NCBI GenBank assembly: GCA_036172245.1
Contig: JAYWIR010000004.1
Span: forward strand, 124,001 to 188,000
Origin: Raillietiella orientalis
Taxonomy: Eukaryota
DNA length: 64,000 nt
Direction of reading: 5' to 3'
The notes beneath the pieces are model-generated. The model was not told where the DNA came from. It saw only the letters and a program-made list of their open reading frames with translations, and searched no databases. Within the stretch, counting starts at the first letter, position 1. Each line of letters starts with the position of its first letter. Shown here piece after piece: positions 14,996 to 26,274 of the stretch. Both the position numbers and the translations under genes were made by a program.

Positions 14996-15453
14996 CGGCT
15001 CTTTGATTAGCAGTTTGTGTTGTCATGTCCATAGAAGTTGTCCAGGAGAAACTTAATGGGTGGTGTAAGAGTTCATGATGAGATATTTATTTAGCAATTG
15101 CTTCATGAGGCGCAGAAATTGAATTAGGGTGAGATTAGTAGACACGTTGGTTGAAGAATTTGCTTGCATTCGTTTTGCAAATATATAGTATATTTGCATT
15201 ATATTCAGTTTGATTCACTGCAATGAAACATGCGTGTGTTTAAGGTTTGACTTAGTGATTTTGATATGTAGTGATTAATTCGAGAGGAAAATTGTACGAC
15301 TTTTTCAGCTTAGCCTTTTATGCTTCCTGAAAGTTTTTTTACAGTAAAATATTTTGCTCCCTAAAGGAGAGAGTATAGAGCCGATGTGTTTTCAACTCGT
15401 TTAAGAACAGAGGCGCTGTAACTACACATCTTCCGCTCCTCAGGTTGTTTCGC

Positions 15454-15468
15454 ATATTGATGCTATTT
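15454..15468. repeat. Outer target-site duplication around elements A+B (partner at 19363-19377)
   Basis: Exact 15-bp direct repeat ATATTGATGCTATTT. Confidence 0.8.
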
Positions 15469-18045
15469 TCCCCAAATCCCACAAGGAGTGGGGTGAATTT
15501 ATTACGTTTTTTTTTAACATTCATACTACATTCTCATTTATACAAGAACTGCACTACACTTCACTAGTGTTAGCAAGAAGTCTGCTTCTTGGGGTCACTG
15601 AAAAAGTTCACTGCAACTGTTTAACTGGGCGTCGTTTGTGCCTAGATGCTGCCTTCAATCCTTTTCAGGATATGGCGATAGTTCCAGGCCTAGAGTCTTT
15701 CACAGTTTCTGATGCCGATCTCCTTCTGGATAAGCTCTTTCATGATTTCCATTGGAGATACGGCAGTCCTAGTGGTCTTCATCTTCCACCACCACACAAG
15801 AATGACGGTGATGAAGAGGGCGATGGTCATCCTTAGCATTGGGTTATAGCAGGGAACATTTCCATTTCCTTGGAACATCCCTGCCAAGATCGCCATGGTC
15901 GATGTGGTGGGCAGCCCAATAACCCTTTTCAGGGTGTGCCACTCTGGTTGCATCGTGGGAAAGATCAAGACGTGAAGTCTTGTATCAATGTCTCCACATG
16001 CTCTGCAGATTGCTTCCTCTCTTCTCCCCGTAAAGAGCTTCATTCTGGATCCACTCAGGATGCCTCGATGGTAGAACATGAGGAGGTTATCCTGAGTGTC
16101 TGGTAAAAGGTCACTCCTCCGGAGCGTCGTTCCAATCGCCAGCGGGTTGAATCCATAACTACTGTGACGATCGGCTGCTTCTTGGAGGGCACTGGTATCC
16201 TGGTTTTCCTCGACTATTAGTCGGCGTAGATTTCTCATGGTTACCCTCGACCACACGAAGTCGTTGTGGTTTTTTCCACACTTCGCGGGTCCTGTGGGTG
16301 AATCTGCCAGAGATTCCTTGGATATAACGGAGTACTCGGGAATGATGAAGGTATTCCTGCCATCTCCATGTTTCCGTTTCTTTCAAAGTAACCCTGGACC
16401 GCTGGTTTATCCAGTTCCTCGTATTTTCAGGTACGGGGAGCATCCACCGGATAACCAGGATGGATTCCTCCTGCCAGAATTCTTTGCTCCTAGGAATGAT
16501 CTTCAACTGATGTCAGCTGCTGCTTTCTTCTCCATGTTGGGTCGATGGTGGCCCATTCGCCCACTCGGCCGAGCAGCACAGTCGTCAGACCTCTCGAGTT
16601 ATTTATCAACACCGAGTAGGCCCTGCGCGCTGCATACGGCCAGTCGTCCCAGTTCTTAGTCATGTCCAGGATTTGTCTCACGTCCATGGTGTCCACAGAG
16701 TGTGCAAGCGACTTCATCTCGGTACCGCCTTCTTCCTTAGGACGACACAGTGGCTTGAGACATACTCTCGGTCTGTATTCCCATAGGGTTTTCCTCTTAA
16801 GCTTTTCCACCTCTCTTTCCGTGTCTTTGTACATTCTGTAGAAGGCCTCCTTAAAGAGCATCTTCGGAAGGAATACTCCATTCCAAAGATTGGCCCTCTT
16901 CTTCATGTTAAAGTCCGAATGGGTATACTTCGCTCCTTCTTGTGCCGTTTTCCCCAGGATTTCCTTCCACAGTAATGAAGACGCTGATGCGTCACCAAGG
17001 TGGACACCCAGGTTCTTGACTTGATCCACCGCTCGGAATCCTTCCCTCGTGAATGTGGAGAGGTCGAGGATTCCGACGGGAAAAAGTTGGCTTTTTTGGG
17101 CGTTGATTTTTAAGCCCAATCCTCTTTCCATGAGCTCCACCACATCCAGAAACCCTCTCTGGTCTCTCTATCCTTTTAAAAAGAAGAGAAGATCATCTGC
17201 GTAGGCTAGATAAGTGAGTCTCTGGTCGTCTATTTTGATTCCACGGAGGTATCCACTTCTCTCGATGAATGACGAGAGGGCCTCTATGTAGATGACAAAC
17301 AGCATCGGACTGAGCATCGCCCTGGCGGACTCCGCGCTCCATCCGAATGGCTGTTGTCGTTTCCCCATTGATCTTCATACGAAAGCGTTGTTCTTCAAGT
17401 AACATCTTCACAAAGTTGCTGAATTCTTCCGTGAGCCCCAGTCTTCCTAGAATCTTCAGCAGCATCCCATGGTCCACTGTATCGAAAGCCTTCTCCATGT
17501 CAGTGAAGCCCACTAACAAGTTCTCGCCGATATATCGGCTGAGTCCAATGGTAGCTTGGGCACACTTGACATTATCCGACATGTGGCTTCCAGGCACCGC
17601 ACATGTCTGGACCGGAGAGATCAGCTTCATCATGACCTTGCCTAAGTGGTTGGCCCAGATCTTCGCCAACCACTTGGCATCGGAGTTGAGGATCGCGATT
17701 GGCTTCCATTTGGTAACCTGAGTTAGGTCACCTCCTTTCGGCAGCAATCTCATCCTACTCTCGTAGAAGAATTCCGGTAGTCGTCCTTCTTGCCGGATGC
17801 AGAGCGTCAGCTGGTGGAAAAAACGCTGGTAGGCATGCAAGTACCGCTGGTAGTGTGAGATGGGAACACTATCAGGGCCCGCTGCCACATCTTGCGAAGG
17901 TCCCTGAACGCAGCTTTCACTTCCTCTTTGGAGATTTCCTCTTCCAGCATCTTCCGATGGTTGTCGTTGGTTCTTCGTTCCAGGTGTTTCAGGAAGGTAT
18001 GAGTGGCACAGATGTCTGCGTCGGAAGTGTTCCACGTAATGCCTT
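15469..18045 (-). mobile_element. 5'-truncated, frameshifted L1/Tx1-like non-LTR retrotransposon (element A): reverse transcriptase plus C-terminal Cys/His region
   Basis: RT motifs in minus-strand ORFs: AAGPD, LLPKGGD...WKPIAILNSDAK, DMEKAFDTVDH, GVRQG, LSPMLF, LAYADD, INAQKS, LCRPKEEGG; C-terminal CRAC...H. Several frameshifts; no endonuclease retained. Confidence 0.92.
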
Positions 18046-18059
18046 TGGTGCTATATATA
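18046..18059. repeat. Target-site duplication of element B (partner at 19341-19354)
   Basis: Exact 14-bp direct repeat TGGTGCTATATATA at both ends of the element. Confidence 0.9.
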
Positions 18060-19340
18060 TATCACCCGGATTTGCCGGGGCATTTATTATCAAAATTTTC
18101 ATAGAATAAAAATTTCATAATAAAGACATTGAAACTAGTTTGGGCAGAACACGTGGTTCCGCCTGTCTTGACACACTTCCCGCCGCCAGTTCGCAGGCCG
18201 CAGAGATCCTGCCCGGATGCGATGGGGCAGGGAAAACTACAAACAAAAAAACCGAAAAATCAAATTAAAACCAAGGGGAGGGCAATGTTTTTTGGGAGGG
18301 GAGGGCTGGGATGGGATCACTGGTCGCTCCGAGAGGTACTCTACATCCTGTTCAGGATGCGGAGAAGTGCCGGACGTAATGATCTTAGCCGGGACCATCG
18401 GGAAGCTTTCTCAATGCTGAGGGCCGCCCATTGGATGGCGTTCCGGCTGTTATGACCTCTGTAGGACGCAGCCCATTCTGCCAGGATCCCGCGTATGCAG
18501 TAGAGGACTGCTACACACGCAGCTGCTGGCAGGGCATCCTGCATGAAGAGGCGACGGAAAATGTCTTTCGGGTCGCCCCCGGGAATGTTCAAAATCGTCG
18601 AAAGTCGATCCCACATGGGTCGTAGGGCATTCAATGATGAGGTGGGGGAAGGTCTCTCGTTCCTCACAACCTGCACAATTGGCATCCACAGTCCCTGAAG
18701 TCCAATGGAAGAGGCGTGCTTTGCAAAGGAGTCCCCAATGGAACACTAGCAGTGCCGTCTCCTGCCATTCCAGGGACAGGGTGCAAGAATCCCAGCACGC
18801 TGGGGGCCACTTCACCTCCTCCAGAGGTATTCCGAGTAGCTCGCCCCAGCGCACAATTCCGTTAGACGGGACGCTCGGGGTTGCAGCGTCCGTTAACTCC
18901 CGAGTCGTCCACGCCTTCAATGTTTTTCTCCTGCCTCGGATGAGGCAGGACACTTCCCACAATGCTCGTTCGTTGCCGTTCCCGATGTTCTGGAGGGAGG
19001 ACAGCACGGGGGCAAGGGGGGTCAAGGAAGCCTACAGCAATTTCCGCGGGTTGTTGATTATCTCCTGCAGGGGCTGTCGAGCGTTCGGTCCTCGACGGAG
19101 ACAGTTGTACTCCGCTTCGCTCGTGCCATTGATCTTGGCCCACGCATAAACTGACTCCTGAAGCCAGGCAGTGCAGTTCGCTTGGGGGCGGCAGGAGATC
19201 CAGGAATTCTCCTTCATCAGGGCGATCATCTGACGCAGATGAAAGCCACAGCTGTGGTTGAGGCTGCGCTCGTACGCCACGAGGATAGAGGACAATCCGA
19301 CGCAGCCGGTCGCTCTTCTGGCGAGGAGCCGTGCGGGTTC
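18060..19340 (-). mobile_element. Second, different 5'-truncated L1/Tx1-like element (element B), C-terminal region only
   Basis: ORFs 18450-19025 and 18341-18685 with CAGCEERETFPHLIIECP (C-x2-C-x7-H-x4-C); flanked by a perfect 14-bp direct repeat TGGTGCTATATATA at 18046-18059 and 19341-19354. Confidence 0.85.
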
Positions 19341-20029
19341 TGGTGCTATATATAGAGAGCTAATATTGATGCTATTTATATGGAGCTAATGTACGTGAAT
19401 CAAGTTATGAGGTTGTTATGAGATTATGAGGTTTTAAGATTGATTTCAATGAAGTACCTCCTAATGAGACATATTTACAACAAACTGGTGATTCGAGAAA
19501 CGGTTTCACTTGAGATGAAGAAGATCGAGAGAATATATGGGCATGGTAGAATAGGATTACTTTGGAATTCAGTTTTTCAATCTCTCAAGAAGTGAGCTCA
19601 GGATTTTTTCCCCAAATTTAACATTCCAGGGACTTCCATCTATGTTGATCATGAAGCATCATCTTAGCTAAGGACCTATGTGAACGTGTTATGGTTCAGG
19701 TGCAAGGATGAGTGGTTCAATTTATCTGGAGATGTTGTTTGATTGACTCATTTCCGAGCTCGAAAAGGTGGAGCTTGCAACCTGTCCTCTAAAATCGTTA
19801 AAATCCTCTAAAATCAGATAATACACCCGCCATCCGATTATCCTATGCGTAATTTTCTCAGGAAAAGAAAGTGAAAAAAGAACTCTTTCAAGGTGAGGTG
19901 GGTATTCTTACCCGGTCATGCCGTGGTTCTATTGAAAAAATAAGCTTACAAGCTGGGAACCGACTTCCCAATAAAGAACAAGAAGTTAAACGAGAATGAC
20001 CACTGGAACATGGGCAGGAAAAAAAGAGT

Positions 20030-20103
20030 CGCCCGTAGGGAGGATCGAACGCACGACCCCTGGTTTAAAAAGACCAGAGTTCTGGCCACTGAGCCATAGA
20101 GGC
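20030..20103 (-). pseudogene. tRNA pseudogene, tRNA-Thr-like body
   Basis: Minus strand GCCTCTATGGCTCAGTGG...CTGGT-CTTTTTAA-ACCAG-GGGTCGTGCGTTCGATCC...: A-box, B-box, anticodon stem and downstream T7 terminator. Acceptor, D and T stems have mismatches and the anticodon loop is 8 nt. Confidence 0.75.
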
Positions 20104-20471
20104 TTAGGTGAAATGGTCTGCTCCCGACTAGACCTTCCCAAGTACCAACCTGCAGTAGCTGCAAGCGTGCTCTCTTCTGTAAACAACTTAAGGCACATCC
20201 CCATACCCCCTGAAGCGATAAATATAGAGGTTCAATACACGTCCTCATGTGGAAAGCCCGGAATGTCACAAAAAGTTCTGGGCCCATTTGGCATGCTGGC
20301 GCAAGCATGCTTTAAGCACCATAACGGTCCCCCATGAGTACCAGCAGGTAGAAAAATTCTTTCTTTCGTCTATGTACTATGTTTCGCTCGTGTCTTTGTT
20401 GTAGTTGTTTTACATTCCTTGTTTGAATGAGAAATCGTTCTTGGATAACGACCCAGCCTAAGATTCTTAAA

Positions 20472-20506
20472 CTAACCTACCTTACCGAACCGAACCTGAC
20501 CTGACC
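20472..20506 (+). repeat. Degenerate (TAACC)n pentamer tract
   Basis: ctaacctaccttaccgaaccgaacctgacctgacc; complement of the arthropod TTAGG telomere unit, also common inside arthropod transposons. Confidence 0.55.
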
Positions 20507-23500
20507 ACATCTGGCCTTGTCAATGTAGAGAACTATAAGGTTGTCGACAAAAAGTACTCCCGTTTTTGTTCTAAACAGAAAATAATTGTGGCTTAAATAG
20601 CACTTTTTTTTAACCATCCTAAATTAAATAAGCTGAAGCAAATTTCAATGGCTTTGTCTTTGAATTGATACAAAAAAATGAAAAGTCGTTTCATTGTAGG
20701 AACAAGACTATGAACATTTTATGTACATAATAACATAGTATTAATAAATAAACATACGTATTGCTTTCTTTTCCGAACATACAAGTTTAATTATTAATGC
20801 ATAAAAATATAAATAAAAACCCAGTTAATGAAACGTATCTATACTACATATTATGTCCTTTTTTGTAACGAGACATGAGATTAAATCACCTATGAAATAC
20901 TAAAAAATCCGATTCATTCCACAGAGATCTTTCCTAACAAAAATGTGTAGTTCCATGTTCCAGCAAGAGCAGCATCCTTGGCTTATTTTTTCCAATACCT
21001 TTCGTAGGGTGCTTCGCCCCTACTTGCTCCAAATCACGCACCATGCTCACTCCGGGTGAGTGATTCAGCTTCAAAGCTGTAGCTCGTAAATACAAGATCA
21101 ATTCAGCTTCCTTCCTCCCGATTAACTATATAGATTCTTTATTTTCCGGAATATGGTAGGGATGAAATGCTTCTGGGTTCTGAACCCTGGCAGAGAACGA
21201 GCTGCCTGAGCAAAGCTAGAGATGGCGGAAAAGTCAGTCATCTTAGTTAATCTTCGAAAAATCCGGTTCCTTGAAACCCTTTTTTTTTAGCTCATTTTTC
21301 ACTTTTTTTTTTTTTTACCCTGCCATCTATTTTGTGGCTAGGGTCAAAATTACAGAATGAATTGTTTCCATGTTTAATTACCGAGTTACGGGAAATGAGG
21401 GGGGGGGGAGTTTTAAACTTTGTTAGAATGGAATAAAAACGATTGTAACCACATATAAATTTCTTAATATAAATCCAATGTGTTTTAAAATGGGTCTCAA
21501 GGGTTTATTTCTGTTTGGGTCCATTTTTATAGAGAAATGATTCGAAACTTTCAAAGGAAGCAAAGATAATTAGCAGAAAAATCTGCATTTGTACACAAAG
21601 AACGCTCTCGGTATGTATTTTTGATATGTTGATTAGTCGTGTTAGAATTTTTTTTTTTGACGATAAAATGTTTAAACTCACCATCAGGATTCTTGGAGAC
21701 ATCTGAAAGTTCATGTTTTCAAAGTTCCCGGAAAACTGGTACTGGGATGACCCGAGAAAAGCAAACCCGGAACGAATTGCATAGTTTTCTTGGAGAAAGA
21801 GAGAGACTTCAGTGTGAAGTGGATGCCAGAGGCAACTCCCAACTAAACCTTCCGGAGATCCCAACCCTACAGCCAGAGCATAAATGAGGGATACCTACAG
21901 CCTGTGGGTAGCTGCATAATTTACAGGCAAATCGTGGCCACAGCCCCTTATGCTCCTCTGATGAACAAAAACCCAGAGAGCGATTCGACATAGAGGTGAC
22001 CACCTGGAATTCTGAATTTCCAAGTTTCATAGAGAGTCTGCGCCTTGATAATGAAGATCTGTAAACGCAGGAAAGCAGACTTTCCCAAAAACAGATAAAT
22101 ATGTAAGGCGGATTGGAACCTGGATAAAATTCGCTGTGTTTACATTCTTAAATGCGTCAATAGATCATTAGAATGACGTAACATCGGATATCTACATCAA
22201 AAGCAGATTCAGTTTCTGCTTGTTAAAAATGGACTCTAAATTTTCAAGGAACCCAATGCAGATCATATGATGATCTATGATCTAATTCCAAAGTGTCTCA
22301 TTCCTACCCTGAGGCTCAACTTGCATTGCTCTACGTTCCATTCATTGGAAGGCTCCCATATGCCGCAATTTTCGTGTTTGTTTGCTTGTTCGTTTTGGAA
22401 GGAATTGTTTTTAACTTGCTGCAAAAATGTTTGAAAAGTTTGTAAACATTCCACCGTTTCCTCTAACTTCACAGTAGAATTTTTTACCTTCCTCGAAACT
22501 TCGGCAACGCTGTGGTCACTTGGAATGAAAGGGTTTCTTTCACCTATCATACTCGTGTGTGTGTGTGTGTCTGCGCGTGTTATATCTCTTTCCATTAGGT
22601 TGTGGCGGGGAGACTTGAAATTGTCAACGATTAAAACTTTTTGGAGCATATACTTGTCAATAAATTATTGCGACTGGTGCCATGGAACCACGGGCGGTTC
22701 CGAAAGTGGACACAGTGGAATAACGTGCGTTTGTTTAGCGGTTTCCCCTTTTTGCCAAGTGATCATTCTTTACTCTGTGAGTGAACGCAGCCACTCGGTA
22801 AAAGTGCTGCTTCTTTATTGGTTGAAAAATATTTACAACCACGCGTGGCGAATGAGTTATTCCCTTGGACACCTTCAATTTCTTCAGGTTGCCAAAGGTC
22901 TCCCCGATGAAATCATTTCTTCGATCTTGGCCATTTCTTTCAGGGTGCACTAGAAGAGTGAGTGAAGACATTAAGGCATTGACTTTCCAGGATCACTGAA
23001 AACAGTGCAGCACATTGAGACTGTGGAGGTGCATCCCGCTGTATTGTATGAAGAGCTGGGTAACGTGATTTTCGATCATGATCGCATTTCCCTACGCGAG
23101 ATTTCACGATCAGGTGTTTGCCAACATCTGCACGTTCTCCGGCAGCCCATACTGGAAAGTCATTTCCCCTGACTTTCATTGCTGCAGGCACATTCGAGGT
23201 CCGAAGCAAACAAAAAAAAAATCACAGTGCGTGTGCCGAATCTTCGACGCACTAGAGCAGTAAATGTCAGACCCGGAAAAATCTTAATATGCTCCACGTA
23301 AGAAACAGTTTTCAGGGAATGGAAGCGGCAAATGTGAGGAGTGGACTGTGGGCGTGTGAAACACAGAGCACATGTGCGCAATATACGTTTGCATGCGATC
23401 ATCCTGCGAGTACACAAGACATAAAATTTGAATTTCTTTTCGTTCTGAAGATGCTCGCGCGTTTTTTTGAACCTTCCTCAGTTCTTTCACGTATGTCGTA

Positions 23501-26274
23501 TAAAATGTCTCACCCCTCACAGATCACTCAGCGCGGATAGTGCATAAGAAGGCATCGGTAGGCGCTTAACGTTACGTTGGATGTGAACACAAGATCTCTA
23601 GGCGAATATTTCAGAAGAGGAAGCTTCGAGCAAGAACAGATCTGCTACAGTGAGGGTGAGGGCTCGTACCATCGGCATATAACGAACGCACTCTCGCGTC
23701 TAGAGGTTCCCCCCCCCCTTCCCCCTTTCCCTTCCTTTTAACCCTTTGAGTGCTATGGACGCATATAAGAGTCTGGCAAAAATTATCGGCGTGGACCATG
23801 GACGCATCCATTCCTTTGGCAAGTGTCTTTACCTTATACACGAGACATAAGCTAACACTATCCATGTTTGAGATGGACGCAAACACTTACGTTCCTATAA
23901 TTACCATAACAACGGCAGCAAACAAAATTCTGGTTATATCGGCTAACTGTTCTCAATTTTTCAGAGAGTGACTTTTCTGAAAAACCGAGAATATCATAAT
24001 ATTACACTTGTGGCTTATAGAATTTATTACACTGTACCACACCCAAATGAATTATTGGTTCGAATTGTAATTATAATTTTTAAATAATATATGTTTGGGA
24101 AAAATGAAAATACTTCATTTAATGTGGTGTAAACAGACAGTTACAACAGTAACTTTAATCGGCACTTTCTGTAGTCAATCGGTGGCACCTCTGACAGAGC
24201 GCGCGGTACGCGAAGAAGCACTCTGTCCACAGAGGTCGCAGCTGCCACTCGCGTGCCGTCAACACGGAACATTTCAATCCGCTGCTGGGCTCCGCACCCA
24301 AAAAGTTACGAAAGCTCATGGAATCAAGAAGCTGCTGCTTTCTCCCTTAGCAACAAAACATTTGAGGACAAAGAAGTTCCTTAGTTTCGGAGAATACAAC
24401 CTCCTCTTGCTGATCATCACAAGGAGATACTTCATCAGGATCTTTGATAGAGTGTGATTATCACAAGGAGAAAGGCAGATGCCACACTGCGCTTTGAAGC
24501 ACCCTCTCTGACTCCCGCTCAAAGCCTGCAGTGGCTCCGTGTCAAGTTACAATGCACGCGAAAATCGAGCCGCCCGAGGTTCGCAGCGAAAGAATGCTGC
24601 TGCCACGGGGTCCAATGGGACTGGGACCCCTGAGATCCCCTGGAGAGGCAGTTTCGGCTCGTGGTCCACCTCTTGGTCGCCTGCGCAACTGCCAGCAATG
24701 AGGTCATCGTGACGAAACGCAGGAAGCACCCTCACGCCGAGTCCTTCTCTATCCAGCTAGACTCTTGAGGTCAGCAATGGATTTTGATAGGGCTCAAGCG
24801 TGTGGCCCCGGATAGTCGAGGAGAAAATTTAGCTCCTGCCTCCTTACCTCTTTTTCCTTCCCATCTCCCTGCAGCCTCTTCCTCCCTCCTTTCTGAGGAC
24901 CGAATGCGCTTTCTTAAGTGTTGCTTAACGGTTAACTTAACGGAACTTTCTTAACGGAACTGTTGGAGCCACAGAGACATCCACGCCAAGCCGGGAATGA
25001 AGGAACCGAGTTTCGGACAAACAGGATGTGGGACTCATTCCGCTCGAATGGCACCCCGAGCGGATGAGTGGGGATTTCTTTGTCGGTGAGCCATCGCCCC
25101 ACCTGCTACCGAAATCCAAAGAAAGAATGGCTGGGATGCACACCGCGAGTATTCCCCCCTGGGAGCAGAAACTTCCGTCGACAACTGAGCTCTCATTCCT
25201 TTCCGAAGGCTCGAGGCACCCGGCCATCATGCCGCCGAAAAGAATCGTTGCCGGATGAAGGTAAGATGGACTCGGGAGAGAGGAGGAGAGGAGGGAGTAG
25301 CTCCTGGGACGCCTGAAGTTCTACAGTGGACCAGAGGACGCCGCGTCGCAAGGCATAAGGAATGCCATAGCGTCATCTTTGGCGTGCCCTTTCAAGGCCG
25401 ATCTTGAGTCTGGCCGTTGCCCTTTCGAAGATCCTGGAGAGCCTTTGGGGAATGCCGGGCGGACGGATGAGCGCGTGTGGCAGACGGGAGCGGAGCGCTA
25501 GGGAGGGCGAACAGCCGACCCAAGGCACGCCCCGAGCACGTCCCGCGAAGACACGCGCTCATGGAAACCTGAGAACGCAGGACTTCCAGCATGCCCGTTG
25601 CAACCTTGCCCGCCCTCCACGTCCCAGGGGTCAGGGGTCCCTTTGGGGCGAACATCATTTCTCCCCAAGCTCGGCGGACTTACAGACAGTCTGTGACCCG
25701 CGGTAGTCTTCTCTGGGGTTCAGTCTCCCCAAACCCACCCCTACTGCGCGATCGCTCGTTGACTCCCTCCCAGCGCTCCTCTCCTCCTTGGAGACACCTG
25801 CGCAGCGTATCAGGTCAACTCTCTGCTCAGAAGACTCGCCACAGAAGGTCCCGCGGCGGGTCCACGGCGGTGGTGGGCAGCAAGACCGTAGCTCAGGTAC
25901 GCCCGAGACGTTCCCTCACTCCTTCCTCCTTCCTCGTCCCTGAGCGAGTGCTTTTCTCTAACGCTGCCCTTCCGGAGATCCCGAGAGTTCGATCTCCTGG
26001 AGGAGGTGCTCATCCTGGAGCGGGTTGGTGAGAGACGAAGGAAGGCTCTCAGCCTACAACTGCCTCCGGAAGAGCCCTCGATCCTCCGGGAGACCAGGAA
26101 TCAGTCCGACTGGAAACAGGTATCCCTCCCCCACTTCTCCTTCCTTCTTCCCCTTGGCCGGGAGCAGAGCCGAGATGCGCTCCCTTTCTCCCCGCGGAGG
26201 GTCAGTAGAGGAGCTGAGGAGAGAACTGACACGAGCTTGCCCGCAGGGCATTTTTTCGAAGGTGGCGCCGCATT

